From NCBI RefSeq assembly GCF_009914755.1, contig NC_060931.1: a DNA stretch of 64,000 nucleotides; one strand, 5' to 3'. Of the stretch, positions 31,800 to 45,290 are shown in pieces (position 1 is the stretch's first letter; each line of letters begins with the position of its first letter). The notes under the pieces are model-generated. The model was not told where the DNA came from. It saw nothing but the letters and a program-made list of their open reading frames with translations, and did no database searches. A program made the position numbers and the translations under genes. This stretch comes from the human T2T-CHM13v2.0 reference genome, Homo sapiens.

Positions 31800-32960
31800 C
31801 GAATGGCCTCACCATGTTTCGAGGGGTTCCCTCCCTCTAAACATTCCCCAAACCGCTCAGCCCAAGCACCAGGAACCTCATTTTGGGAAAACACGGGCTC
31901 TTCCTGCCCAAATCTCGCCCTCTAGGGAGCGGCTCTCCCTCCGCCGCGGTCTACACAGCTGTGCTTACAGCCTGCACCGCTGGCTGGGTGCCCGCCACGC
32001 ACAGAAGGGCAGTAGGAACACAAAAGGGTGTGGTGGCCAGGGTCCCAGAACAAGTGAAAGGGGACCTGCGAGCGGGGAGTTTTCTGAAAACTGCACAAGC
32101 CTTCTTGGGCAGCGTGGTGTCTTTTCACCAGGACGCAGGTGCCTCTGTCTGCCAGCGGTGACATGGGTGAAGGGCTGCGCGCGTGAGCAGGAATAAAGCG
32201 AGAAATCACGACAGAGTTGGTCACGAGGACATTAAGATGCATTACATTTGCCCGCGTATCTACCTACAAAAAGAGCCACGGCAGAGGCCTTCTGTGTGAC
32301 CAAGACCTCTACGGGAAGGGCGACACGGCTCACTTCCTGGCTGGGGCTCTGGCACTGGAAACGCTTAGGAAACTCCAGGCTCTGGACTGAGGTTCGGGAG
32401 GGCTGGACTTAAATCTTCGCTCCGCAATGGCTGAAATCAGCGTTGGTGCATTGAGACTTGGTTTCTCATCATTTCAAAAGAACCGGTGGTGATTGTCACG
32501 TCCGTGCTCCCTTAAGCTGTTGCAAGGGCAGAGGAAGCAGGCGGGAGGATTTGACCCATGTCCCTCGTTCTCCCGCGCCCTCCACGCGGTCACCCGGGAG
32601 CTGCAGTCCTCCGCAGCCTCCCTGCTCCCGACGCCTGCCTCTTTCCGTAAAGAAACTAAACGTGATCTGTGAGGTGCAGGGAGATGACCAGAGCGCCACG
32701 TGCTTGGAGACCGTTTTCGGACACTTCACTAGCTCCTCTGCCTGACTTTTGCTCCTGTGCGCTCCCTGCCCAGCCCTTTCATGGCGGGCCTTCCACCCCG
32801 CCCCTGCCCCTTGACTTGGTGTTCCCAAGGGCTCTGCTACACTCCCCCAGTGATGGCATCTGTGCCCTTGGGTGCTGTTGACTCTTCTCCCTCCAGCCAG
32901 CACGAGAAGGGACTGGAGCCATTGGGCCGTGGGCAAGCCATCACCGGAGAACCAGCTGGG
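31800..32960. promoter_or_regulatory. Second CpG-rich unique segment (candidate enhancer or alternative promoter)
   Basis: Many retained CpGs outside any repeat I recognise. ETS-type CACTTCCTG at 32331, E-box CACGTG at 32697, GC box CCCCGCCCC at ~32796. Confidence 0.55.
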
Positions 32961-33821
32961 AAAGTTAGGGGATCTCCCCCAGGCCCCTGGATTGATCCCC
33001 ACCTGACACATGTTCCTGCATCCTGAGGGCCATGGTCTAGGGGAGGCAAAACGGGAAAAGTAGGCCAAACTCTGCTATAGAATGCCATTTGCCACAACTC
33101 TGTGAGGAGTTACAGTGACTCCCATCTTTCAGGTGGAAACACAAACTCAGCTTATGTAATCTGCTCAAGGTCACAGAGCTCAGAAGCAGCAGGCTTGGAA
33201 CCCTGTCTTCAATAGGTCTCTGCACTTTTCTTCTTCCCAACAGCGACCGCTCTGGGTATGAAGGCTGAAAAGTCAAATGGATTCTGAAGTGAAATTGCTC
33301 CTACAGACATTTTTCTTAAGATAGTGTGTAATTGCACCTATTTCATGTTGACTAAAAGTATTTTCCCTCTGTTTTGTATAGTTTTTATGCCCCTTGAACA
33401 TAGATAGGTAAAAATTACTTATCTCAAAGTCCAAAAATGAGTGGGATGGATAAAAGAGGTCCCAGAGTCCCACGGTCTTAGGGACAGAGCAAAGCTTCCC
33501 TGCCTACGACACAGCCAAATTGGGGAGGGGATAGGTGGGGCAACTTGAAGCCAATTCAGTGAACATTAATTTGTCACACAGCAGTTCCCCACACTACCAA
33601 CTGACAGATTTTTGCCTCACCAAATCCTTATTTGTAATAACATTTTGTAAAGTTTACTAAGGTTTGTGTTTCATTTTGTATGTGCAGTATATTTTTACAA
33701 TGACCACTGCTTGTATATTTTGAATTTTAAGTATCATGCTTGTAACAAATATCAAGGGTTTTCTATCCTCTTGGTTAGTCGATTTGCTTTATTGATGGAA
33801 GGGGGGAAAACAGGTAGAACT

Positions 33822-34004
33822 GGGGAACAACACACACTGGGGCCTGTGGGAGGAGTGGGAGGAGGGAGAGCATCAGGAAGAATAGCTAATAGATGCTGGG
33901 CTTCATACCTGAATGATGGGGTGATCTGTGCGGCAAACCACCATGGCACACGTTTACCTATATAACAAACCTGCACATCCTGCACATGTACCCCTGAACT
34001 TAAA
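33822..34004 (+). mobile_element. L1PA13-16-type 3' end fragment
   Basis: AACAAACCTGCACATCCTGCACATGTACCCCTGAACTTAAAA; TSD-like GGGGGGAAAA(C)AGGTAGA on both sides. Confidence 0.85.
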
Positions 34005-34104
34005 AGTGGGGGGAAAAGGTAGAGTTAAAGGGATTATGCAAGGAATTGTTCTAGGAATATTGTCACACTTTCAACTGCATGTGCCCCCACCAGGTGCTTA
34101 GGCA

Positions 34105-34141
<37 letters not shown>
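34105..34141. repeat. (CA)n microsatellite
   Basis: Read directly; one TA interruption. Confidence 0.95.
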
Positions 34142-34143
<2 letters not shown>

Positions 34144-34884
34144 CCACATAAGCAAAATAAAAGTTTCACATATGTGTTAATTTTCATATGTCCATGTCAA
34201 TTTAAATATGCTTAAGGAAAATTCCACTATTCATATAAACACATTGAGCCTCTCAGGGAAAGAAACTTAGAAAAGCAGAGCAAGGAAAGAAGCATTTATT
34301 GAGCACCTACTAAGCCCCTAGGGCTCTGTCCTATATTGTCACCAGAGCTGCATCTTCCTGAAACCCACGACCACTTGACAGGGAGGTATGTGTCATAATC
34401 CCCGTTTACAGAGGAGTAAAGTGAGACTCAAAATAAAATGTGCATCACAGACCTAGGTCACCCACTACAGAGTCCTGATTCAGGCCACCAATTTTGGAAC
34501 GGGGAGAGAACGAAGGTGAATCTCACAATCCAATCCTGATCCCTGTGATACAGCAGTCCCCCATCTCTTGCTCTGATCTACTCTCATCAGCTGAAGAACA
34601 ATCGCTCAGTGACAAAAGAACAAAAATCTCAAAGAGAATTACACCAACCTCAATAACTATGCAGGTCCTTAAAAAAGACAAATTAAGACCCCTCATTTCT
34701 TTTGTGATACAGCCTCTCTTTAAGCACAATCACAGAGCAGAGCCTGCATTGTTAGCCCGGCTTTGATTTACAAAAACACAGCGCAGATGAGTTTCAAAAG
34801 GAAGAACAATTTATGAAAGGCAAAATGACAATAAATGTAGGAGGAGAAGAATCAAGGGGTTGGAATCTCTAAACCATTGTAAAA

Positions 34885-35028
34885 TTACTTTTGGGTGGCT
34901 GTGGGAATATTACTCTACTATGTTAATTTCTCCAGCATGCATAAAATAGATGCCCCTTACTTTTGGGTGGCTGTGGGAGTGTTACTCTGTTATCTTAATT
35001 TCTCCAGTATGCATAAAATAGATGCCCC
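34885..35028. repeat. 72-bp tandem duplication
   Basis: 34885-34956 and 34957-35028; 6 mismatches. Confidence 0.93.
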
Positions 35029-35809
35029 AGAGTTAAGGAACATTCCTGACTTCTTCCTGCTTCTCTTCAAGTGAATTGTTCAATTAATTAAAATCCATTA
35101 TATTCCTAAAACTTCAGCAGACACTGGGGAGGAGAGAGATGGAATTTTGATAGCAGGTCTGCTACTAACTTGAGATGTAATCAGCTTAATGCTGATTTAT
35201 TTTTCACATTCAGTTTCTATACTTACCAACTGGCATAAATTTCCCAGGGCAGGGTTTTTTCTACGAATGCTTCCTGAATTAATCCACCTATCTATCCACA
35301 TTCTACAAACCCTAGAAGTTCCCATTTCAAACCCGATCAGTTGTTCAAATCTCCTTAATCCAGCCCACAAAGATCACTTCTTCTCTACCTCTGTTTGCAC
35401 TTTTGCTCACATAATTAGCATGTAATAAGTACATTAAATGTATTAAATGTGTGCTATGTGACATGCACCAGATGCTATGATGGGAACTAAAGACAAAACG
35501 AGTAGTAATAATAGTTGAATTCACTGAAGGCCTACTAGGGGAAGGTGTGGTCTAGGAACTTTTATGTATATTAATTTATTTAGTCCTTATACTCTATAAG
35601 GAATGTCCTACTATTACCCTAATTCTACAGATGAAGTAAACTGAGCTATCCAGTAACTTGCTCAGGGTTACTCAGATTATAAGTGATAAAACAAGAATTT
35701 GAACACAGATAGCCTGGCTCTAGAGCCTTGGCAATTAATCACTACTCTACAGCAGCCATTCCTGGCCCACGTTCAAAAAGCTCATAATTGAATAAAAGAC
35801 AGACATGTT

Positions 35810-36098
35810 AGCCAGGCACAGTGACCTACATGCCTCCCAAAACCAGCACTTTGGGAGGCCGAAGCAGGAGGATCACTTGAGACCAGGAGTTTGAGACGAG
35901 CTTGGGCAACACAGAAAGACGCCATCTCTACACACGTAAAAAAGAAGTTAGCCAGGCCTGGTGGTGCATACCTGTAGTCCCAGCTACTCAGAAGCCTGAG
36001 GCAGGAGAATCACTTGAGCCCAGGAGTTCAAGGATGCAGTAAGCTATGATCACACCGCTGCACTCCAGCCTGGGTGACAGAGCAAGATCCCATCTCTA
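35810..36098 (+). mobile_element. AluJ (left member of an inverted pair)
   Basis: Alu dimer; TSD-like AAAAGACAGA(C)ATGT at ~35795 and ~36425. Confidence 0.88.
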
Positions 36099-36403
36099 TT
36101 TTTTTCTTTTTTCTTTTTTTTTTTTTGAGATGGAGTCTTGCTCTCTCACGCAGGCTGGAGTGCAGTGACATAATCTTGGCTCACTGCAACCTCCGCCTCC
36201 TGGGTTTAAGCAATTTCCTGCCTCAGCCTCCCAAGTAGCTGGGAATACAGGCGCCTGCCACCACACCTGGCTAATTTTGTATTTTTAGTAAAGATGGGGT
36301 TTCAGCATCTTGGCCAGGATGGTCTTGAACCCCTGACCTCAAATCCACCCTCCTTGGCCTCCCAAAGTGCTGGGATTACAGGCGTGAGCCACCATGCCCA
36401 GCC
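36099..36403 (-). mobile_element. AluS inserted antisense into the tail of the AluJ
   Basis: Reverse Alu; TSD TCCCATCTCTATTTTTTT at 36088-36105 and 36404-36421. Confidence 0.92.
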
Positions 36404-36684
36404 TCCCATCTCTATTTTTTTACAAAAAGACAGATGTAATCAGAAGGTGACACAAAGGGTTGCTATGCTTCAGTGGTTTGAGGAAAGGGACCAACAAAGA
36501 CTGGGAGGGTCTGGTAGGAATTTCTCAGGAAGATACAGGGGTGGGGAGAGATTTAAGGCATTTTTTAGTTTAGCCAACTAAAGTGACATGTAACATCAAA
36601 TTTCTCCTAGCTCTACCATTCTGTAGATCCATGAGCAGGATTGTATCATAACTTAAAGAATAACTTTTCCTGGGTTTACAAAGA

Positions 36685-36912
36685 ATGTTGTGCTGGTAAA
36701 AAGTGCTCCAGAATAGAAAAAGCCAAAATAAAAGCACCCCAAGTATTTGCAGATTTACTTTGCCAGTTTCCATGGTGTTAATACTCCCACGATGGCAGAT
36801 TTCAGGCTACCAATCAGACTTCACTGAATTCAACTCAGAGTTGAGAAGAGATTGTATGTCTTGAGACATACAATTGGTCTCAAGAGCCAGTCTGAGCTAG
36901 CTCCAGCACCCC
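36685..36912. mobile_element. MER63-like hAT-Blackjack fragment
   Basis: TGTGCTGGTAAA ... TTTCCATGGTG.TAATACTCCCAC.ATGGC.GATTTCA.GCTACCAA ... CTCCAGCAC. Confidence 0.55.
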
Positions 36913-37471
36913 ACCACAAGAAGTTCTTGCAGTGTGAATCAGAAACTGAAGGAGCCCAGACCTAGGTGGGCAGGAAAATACCCACCCCTGAGGGAGAGAG
37001 GCCTTGGGGACTCAGAAAGGAGAGAACATGTGCTCAATCTCCAGAAGGCTGCAGCAGTCAGGGTGGCATGTTGCCAGCCCCCAAAACAAACTCTGGGCAA
37101 ATGGAGATGTCAACCACGGAACCAAGTCAAAGAGCCAGGAGGAAAAGAGTGGCATGAGAAAAAAGACTCTAAGGGAATACAGATGCCTGGTCTGGAAAGG
37201 AAACTCCTGAGTTCAACCAGCCAAAACCTTCAGACAATGCCCAATTAGGACCTGAGGATGAAGCAGAAAGTCCAGAGAGCCTTTGGTGTTAGCTCTCCGT
37301 CCCAACCCACTGAAATCCCCCACCCCAGCATGGGTTTGGAGCTCCTCCTCTGGAAGCTCCAAGCATCCTGTGCTGAACTCTAATACAACCTTTCCCATCG
37401 CACACTGTGGTCTTCTGTACATGTGTCTCCCACTAGGCTGTGAGCTTCCTTCAAGGTACATACAGAGCATA

Positions 37472-37770
37472 GAGCGGGAGTCAACAAACATCAGCCCATG
37501 GGCCAAATCTGGGCTGCCACCTGCTTTTGTAGGATATGCAATCTAAGAATGATTTAATGGTTGAAAAAAATTAAATTAGAATATTTTGTGATACATGTAC
37601 ATTATGTAAAATTCAAATTTCAATGTCCATAAACAAAGTTTTAGCAGAACTCAGCCATGTTCACTTATTAACTTATTGTCTATAGTGGCTCTCATGCTAT
37701 TATATGGCCCATAAAACCTAAAATGCTTACTATTTGCTCTTTTATAGAAACAAAATTTGCCAATTCTTGC
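37472..37770. mobile_element. MER58B-like hAT-Charlie DNA transposon
   Basis: GGCCAAATCTGG.CTGCCACCTG...AAATTCAAATTTCA.TGTCCATAAA. Confidence 0.7.
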
Positions 37771-38158
37771 ACATAGCATGCCACAAGATAGAAAGCTCTG
37801 GATAATGTTTGATTAATGATTACTTGACCCTAAAGCCAACCCCAGCCTTTTTCAACCTCATAATTATTCTAAATTTCCCAGTCGGAGGACCCCACTTACC
37901 CTAGCAACAAGCTTTGTTTTCCAACTCCTTTAAGCACTTTGTTCCCAGGGAGAATTCAATCAAATCTTCCCAAATTGCTTGGTGTCAATCTGTCTGCATG
38001 GGCATTCCCAAGTTAATAGTTCTGTGGAATTTGACTAAAAGTTCTACTAAAAAAAGGCAGGGATTCCACAATTAAATAAGCTTAATCAATGCTGAGCTAA
38101 AGAACAAAACATGTTTCTTACCACAGAACTCCTCAGAGTCTTTAAGATGCTGATGCAA

Positions 38159-38449
<291 letters not shown>

Positions 38450-38751
38450 AAGATGCTGATGCACTCTGTGAAACTCCAAGATAAGAGCATTTCCTAAACT
38501 TATTTGACCAAGGAACCTTCTTGTTGAAAACTGTTCCTCAATAAACTTTGGGAGTCTGATTCTAAAAGAAGTAGAGCACTAACAAATAATACGTTCATCA
38601 AAGTTACCTAGAGATTTTATTGTTTTGACCCAAGTTATTTGACTCAACTGTGACCACCACTACCACCTCTTGGCTGTAGGTAACATGAACTACAAGGCAG
38701 CTGCAGCCTGCGTCACCCTGAAGAGAGCATCCATTGCTCAACTCCCAACAT

Positions 38752-38945
38752 GGCCACTGCCTGAAGATCTCATTACCACTGCTGCCCACAGTGCTGTCTC
38801 CCTCTCCTCCTTTGAGTCTTTGCTCAAATGTCACTTTCTCAACAAGGCCACTGCCTGAAGATCTCATTACCACTGCTGCCCACAGTGCTGTCTCCCTCTC
38901 CTCCTTTGAGTCTTTGCTCAAATGTCACTTTCTCAACAAGGCCAC
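38752..38945. repeat. Perfect 94-bp tandem duplication
   Basis: 38752-38845 is identical to 38846-38939, followed by a further GGCCAC. Confidence 0.96.
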
Positions 38946-39249
38946 CTTATTTGAAACCACCATCCCCTTCCCCAGCACTCTGGATTTCTCTCATCCTGTT
39001 ACACCTTTTCCTCTGTTCTACGTTTTCCCCTGACACTGATTTCCTTCTAACAAATCATGTAAGATCCAATCCAAGATCTAAGATGCAGGGACTTTTTATC
39101 TAATTTGCCACAGGTATATGTAGCCTAAGCACCTAGAAAAGCACTCATAGCAGGCTCCCAATAAACATTTGTTGAAAGAATGACTGAATGAGTAAATGGC
39201 AGTAGCCACCAATTCCTCTTCCAGTGTTTTACCCACTATTTTTGTGTAC

Positions 39250-40400
39250 AAGGTCTAAGAGGTAATAGAGGAGGGGACAGATTATACAATTATAAGGACT
39301 TTTACTTTCCCTGAGTGAGATGAGGAAACATTGGAGGGTTCTGAGCCCAAGAGGGAGATAATCTGACTTAGCAGGCTGCTGGGCTAAGAATAGACCATTT
39401 AAGAAACGATTGCAATCATTCAGACAAGAAATGATGGTGGCTTGGATCAGGGTGGAGAAGTGGAGGTGGTTGGAAGTAGTGAGATTCTAATTATAATTTA
39501 AAGGAAGAGGTAACAAGATTTGCTGACAGTTCAAACACGGTTGTGAGGAAAAAAAAAAAGGAATCAAGGATGACTTCAATGTTTTTGGCCTGAGAAAGAA
39601 GGATGGACTTGCCAAAAACTAAGACAGAAAAATGTGGACTAAAAGGCTTTGGAGAGGCAAAGCAGAAGTTCTGTTTTGTACATGCTAAGGTCAAGCTGTC
39701 ATTTAGACAACCATAGATTAGACTCTATCCAATGTTGAATAGGCAGTTGCATATGCAAGTCTGGTATGCAGGACAGGAGTCTGAGCTAGAGGCATAAATG
39801 TGGGAGTCACTGGCATATGGATGGTTTTTAAAGCCATGATACTGAATGAGATAACCAAGGGAATCACATGGAAAGAGAATAAGAGACCAAGGACTAAACT
39901 CTAGGGCAAGTCAATACTCAGAGATCTGGAAGGACTAGAAGATCCTGCTAAGGAGGCTGTACAGGGCGAGTCAGTGAGGAATCCAGAGATTACAGTGCCT
40001 CGGAAACCAGGTGAAGAAGGAAAGAGTGGTCAGCTAAGTTTAATGCCTAGGACCGGTCAAGTAAGAGAAGGACTAATACTTGACTATTAGACTTAGTAAT
40101 GTTCAGGTCACTGGTTACCCTAACTAGTGAGTTTATACAGAGGACAAAAGGCAAAACCTGGATTAGAGTAGGTTTGAGAGAAAATGGGGAGATTTTGGAG
40201 ACAGAGAGTTTAGAGAACTATTTGTAGATAATCTGCTGCATACAGATGCAGAGCAATGGGGTAGCAGCTGATAGATAAAAGGCGTCAAGAGAACCTTTTC
40301 TAAGGTGGCAGCAATAACAGCATGTTTGCATGCTGATGGGAATGATAACAATCTAGAGGGAAAATGAATGATGCAGAAAAGGAAAGGGAGAATTACCAAA
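39250..40400 (-). mobile_element. L2 fragment
   Basis: GAATCAAGGATGACT.CAA.GTTTTTGGCCTGAG and GATGGTTTTTAAAGCCATGA motifs. Confidence 0.72.
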
Positions 40401-40739
40401 GTGATGTTCTTGACTAGGGATGAGCTGAGGTCCCTAGACAACAGGCATTGGAAACTAGTGCAAAAATCGATGTCCCACAAATAGCACCATAATCCACCTA
40501 ATAACATGAGCAAAACACCCGAGTCATCTTCATTCCTACTTAGCCTCTCTTGCTCACAAGACACATATGCACACGAGCACACAGAAACATCTCCGTAATC
40601 CATTAATAACCTCCATTGGCTGTACTGCCAAAATCTGACAATTTCTGACTGCCTCGACTGCTATTGTCTTTACCCAAGTCAAATGTATTTTTCTGTGAAC
40701 TACTGCAATACTCTCTCACTTTCTCTGTTTTCCAAGGAA

Positions 40740-41765
40740 ATCTTTTATTGAAGCATAACATGTGCATAGAGAAAAGTCCCCAAATCGTAAGTATACAACT
40801 TGATCCATTTTCATAGACTGAACACACCCAGATTAAATGTAACCATCACGTGGATCAGGAAGTAGGACATTACCAGCATCCCAGGAGCCCTCTCATGCCG
40901 CCTCCCAGACACTCACTGCCATCCCAAAGGTAACATTATCTGGGTTTCTATCACCATGGATTCATTTTCTCTATTTCAAAATTATATAAAAAGAATCACA
41001 TATGTAATCCCAGCACTTTGGGAGGCCGAAGTGGGTGGATCACGAGATCAGGAGATCAAGACCATCCTGGCCAACATGGTGAAACCTTGTCTCTACTAAA
41101 AATACAAAAATTAGCCGGGCATGGTGGCGGCGCATGCCTGTAGTCCCAGCTACTCAGGAGGCTGAGGCAGGAGAATTGCTTGACCCCAGGAGGCGGAGGC
41201 TGCAGTGAACCAAGATCACGTCACTGCACTCCAGCCTGGGCAACAGCGCTAGACTCTGTCTCAAAAAAAAAAAAAAAAAAAAAAAAGAGAATCATGTAGT
41301 GTGGCTTCTTTTGTGTCTGGCTTCTTTCACTCAAAATTCTGTTTCTGAGATTCATCCATGTTGTTTGCACATAGACATAGTTCCGTTTTTCTCTGCTGAA
41401 TTGTGCTTCTTCAGATGAACATACCACCTTTTATTTATCCATTGTACTGCTAATATTTAGATCATTTCCAGTTTGAAGGTGTTATGAATAGGCTGCTATA
41501 AACATTTTCCTTCACATCTCTTGGTGCACATATGTAGGCATTTCTTTTGAGCATATATTCAGGAGAGGAATTTCTGGTTCAAAAGTGATGTATATATTTA
41601 TCTTTAGTAGATCCTACCAAACAGTTTTCCAAAATGGTTAAATCATTTGCCACTCTCATCACAGTATAGAGTAGTTCTATTGTTCACATCCTTGCCAAGG
41701 CTTGATTTTGTGCCCTTTTTTGTTTTTGCCATTCTAGTGGTGTACAAAGCTGTCTCACTAAGGTT
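40740..41765 (-). mobile_element. Old L1M 3' fragment (interrupted by Alu)
   Basis: CTGGCTTCTTTCACTCAA...TGAGATTCATCCATGTTGT and CAAACAGTTTTCCAAA motifs. Confidence 0.78.
41003..41287 (+). mobile_element. 5'-truncated AluSc-like
   Basis: Starts at TGTAATCCCAGC; long poly(A); TSD-like AGAATCA(C/T)(A/G)TA. Confidence 0.88.
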
Positions 41766-41779
41766 CTAGTTAAATAGCC

Positions 41780-42440
41780 TTTCAGTCTCCCTGCTTCCAC
41801 TTTTGCCTCCCTCCAATCCATTCTCCAAATAAAAACCAGAGAAATATTATCAAACACAAGTAAGAGTACACTATTTCCCTTCTTAAAACATTGTGATGGC
41901 TCCCAGCTACAGTCAGAATAAACCCAAACTCAGAAGCACAGCCTCCAAGTCCCTGCATGATCTGCCTGCTGCAGACCTGCCTGGCCAACTTCACCTTACC
42001 AACCACGCTCCATGTTCACTGTGCTCCAGACACACTGCCTCCTTCCTCTTCCTTGAACAAGCCAGGCTCTCTTCCACTTCAGGATCTTTGTATGTGTTGT
42101 TCTCTCTGCCTGGAACACAACCCCATCCTCCACCCCCCATCCCCACTCCACCCCTTGCTTGCCTAACTACTATTCTTCCTTCAGGTCTCAACTTACAAGT
42201 CACATCCTCAGGTGAGAACTCCTAACTGGCCTCCATTATCAACAGTGAATCTCCTCTGCAACGCTTACACAATCTCCACATAGCTTGTTTCTTTATTCGC
42301 TTGTTCATGTCCTATTTTCCCTATTAGATTGTGTGGTCCACAAGGGCAAGGACATGGCCTTCTTGGTCACTACTGCATGTCCAGTACCTGGCACTAGGAG
42401 ATCAATAAATTTTTGTCAAATGATTGACTTAATAAATAGT
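41780..42440 (+). mobile_element. L2 3' fragment
   Basis: Pyrimidine-rich L2 body ending CCTGGCAC..GGAGATCAATAAAT.TTTGT. Confidence 0.65.
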
Positions 42441-42446
42441 ATTGCT

Positions 42447-42732
42447 GGCCAGGCGTGGCAGCTCACACCTGTAATCCAGCACTTTGGGAGGCCAAGGCAG
42501 GAGCATCACTTAAGCTCAGGAGTTTGAGACCAGCCTGGGCAACACGGCAAAACCTTATCTCTAGAAAAAATGAAAAAATTAGTCAGGTGTGGTGGCATAC
42601 ACGTGTAGTCCCAGCTACCCAGGAGGCTAAGGTGGGAGGACAGCTTGAGCCCAGGAAGTCAAGGCTGCAGTAAGCTGTGATCATGCCACTGGGTGACAGA
42701 GTGAGACCTTGTCTCAAATAAATAAATAAAAA
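42447..42732 (+). mobile_element. AluJ
   Basis: Alu dimer with a small 3' deletion; (TAAA)n tail. Confidence 0.85.
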
Positions 42733-44809
42733 GTAAATAGTATCTCTCTCGGGGAGACCTAAGTTAAGCAGCTCTTTCACACTGAGGAAAATTGATAAAG
42801 CAAAATGCTCTGAGATGCTCAGAGGAGAGGCCTCATTTATACATCAACGTAGCCATTGTTTACTGGGCACCTATTATGGAGGCGATAGACCCTGTGTACT
42901 CTTCAACAGAGACCACCTCGGAGCTCCCTCTCAATTGCCGATGAGCTTTTAATCCAGTGCAGGTGACCTTGAGGTGCCTCAGACTCCTGCTCCCTGCTTT
43001 GGGCCACTTTATGTAGGTTTACCTTTTCCACAGAGGTATGGCAGCACTTCCATTCATTTGTCCAGTTTTCTAGTTCAGAAAGTTTGCGGGAGTATTTTTC
43101 CTGATAATAATGCTAACAAGTTATCACTTAAATTTTTTGAAAAATTAATAAGAGAAAAATAATGGTCATCTATACTTCTACTACCCAGGAAAAATGAGCA
43201 TATCCTCTTCAAGGCTTTGTTATTTCTTTTTCCCTTTATTTTTAGTGTTGGTCAAAGGGCTCAGGAGAGGACTTGGTTGAAACTAGTGTATACAGAAGGG
43301 AATGTGGGGTTTTCTAATTATTCAAGCTTGCATTGTCCTTTATGCCGAAAACCGGTGGAAAGGAACTCGAGATGGATTACTAACAGCTTCAGGCTTGGAG
43401 CCTGTTTCCAGCACTTTGCTCAAATCATTGTCCACACGTTGCCTTTGTCTCCCCATCAGGGATGCCAAGGAGCCTGGCAATATTACAGCAACTCAGCAGA
43501 CGTTGCCCTGAAATCAAGATTGAATATAGCATCTCCCAGATCAACCAAATAGATTCAGAACACATATCTTTGGCCCACCTTTCCCAAAATGGAGATTTTG
43601 TTTGGATAAAGAGCCATCACATATGGCACCCCCAGTCTGTCCTAAGCACAGTGCTGGACACTTCATATATCTTTAATCCTCACAATGACTCTAGATGTAG
43701 GCATTGTCTCCATTTGCAGTTGAGGCTCTGCAAGGTGAGTGAACTGTTCAAGGTCTCAGTAAGTGGCTGATTCAAGCTTGCACTCAGCCCTCTCTGGCTC
43801 CACGGCCTTGCTCAGCTATGCTGGTAAGTTTTGCCTTGGCTGCAAATGGCTAGAATCAAAGGAAGAACAGAGGAGGACCTTTCCTGGGCTGGATCTAAAA
43901 TTGCTGGTGAGCTCGCAGTGCTAAGCACAGACTCTCCAAAGGAGACTGGGGAAAACATCAAATTAATTGATATCATCACAGAGTTATATTACTACTTAAT
44001 GGACGAGCTAAACCCTGAGGACATGGCCTCAATATAGCCAGAATTTCAAACTGCAGTCTTATCTCTTCCCACAGTGCATTTGGATCTCTAACTCCCTTCT
44101 ACCCCTTTGATGAGTTTGTATTAATAACCCCTGCTTAAGTAAGGAGCTGGGCCATTGAGAGCTGGCCAAGGCCTGTTCCCGAGCCCCAGGCCATGATTCG
44201 CTTCACTCTGGACTTCAGTTCCAGAGAGAGAGGTCAATGGCAGGGCATGGGAACAGGATCGATCCCCAAGCTTGTTCTGTCCCCAGAACAGAAGTCCCTA
44301 AAAACACTATGGGTGGGACAGAAGTTAAGGCCAGAGAGCAGGGAATCGCATCTGCTAAGTGAGGAGAGTTTTCCAGTGAAAACAACTCCACAAGGCCATC
44401 GGTCCCCTGGGAAGATTTCCTTCTGCTTATGCACACTCAGTTCCTCCTCCCTCCTCCTCTGTCTCCTTGGGGTTGGACTAGAAGTCAAAGCACTTCTGAC
44501 CAGCAATGTCCTCCAAACCCTGGGCAAGAGGCAAGACCTTGACCTACACTCTGGGCCAACTGCATCTCAGATCAATAAGATCTTAACTCACTTACCTGTG
44601 TTTGACAGGGAAGCAACAAACCCTTCTTTGAACACTGAAGTTAGGTGAGTGACCTTCCTTTTAAATACAAACAGGGTGGCCTCGGGGATAGTGAGAAGCT
44701 CCATCCTCAGAAGGATCCAAAAGAGGCTGGGCCACCACTTGAAAGGGGCACTGAGACAGTGATTCAGAATTGACATGTGGCCTTGACTTAGACACTAGGT
44801 TCAAATCCA

Positions 44810-45290
44810 ACAATTTATTAAGCTGCGCTGGTGTGCGAAGCAAGACTGACCCCTGCCTTCATGGAGTTTACAGGTTAGTGGGGAAGACAGACATGCAAAA
44901 AAGACAGAAAGAAACATGTCATTACAAATTGCGATCAGTGCTAAAAGGAAAGGATGGAGGTCATGAGGAATAATAACAGGGAGAATCAAGAACTTTGAGT
45001 AGGGGTTCCAAATTTATGTTTTGAAACAGTTCACTGTGGCTGCCATGAAGAGTCTGGGTTGGAGGGGCAAGTGTGGAGGTTGGAGGCGAGTTAGGAAGCC
45101 AGCTCATTGGCCCATGGAATAGATGATATGGCTGAATCCAGGTGTGAGTGGTGGAAGTGGGGCGATGTGATCCAATGGGAGGCATATTTTGGACATAGAA
45201 TCAACAGGACTTAGTCGTACTTGAGAAGTGAGAACTTGGGGAAGAGAGAAAAAGGGAAATAACTCCCAAGTTTGGGACTGAACAAGGTCA
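44810..45290 (-). mobile_element. L2 fragment
   Basis: CCCTGCCTTCATGGAGTTTACAG and GAATCAACAGGACTT motifs. Confidence 0.6.

Noticed and set aside
32496-33068. 190-aa - strand ORF and overlapping ORFs
   Set aside because: No recognisable homology; stop-poor because of high GC content.
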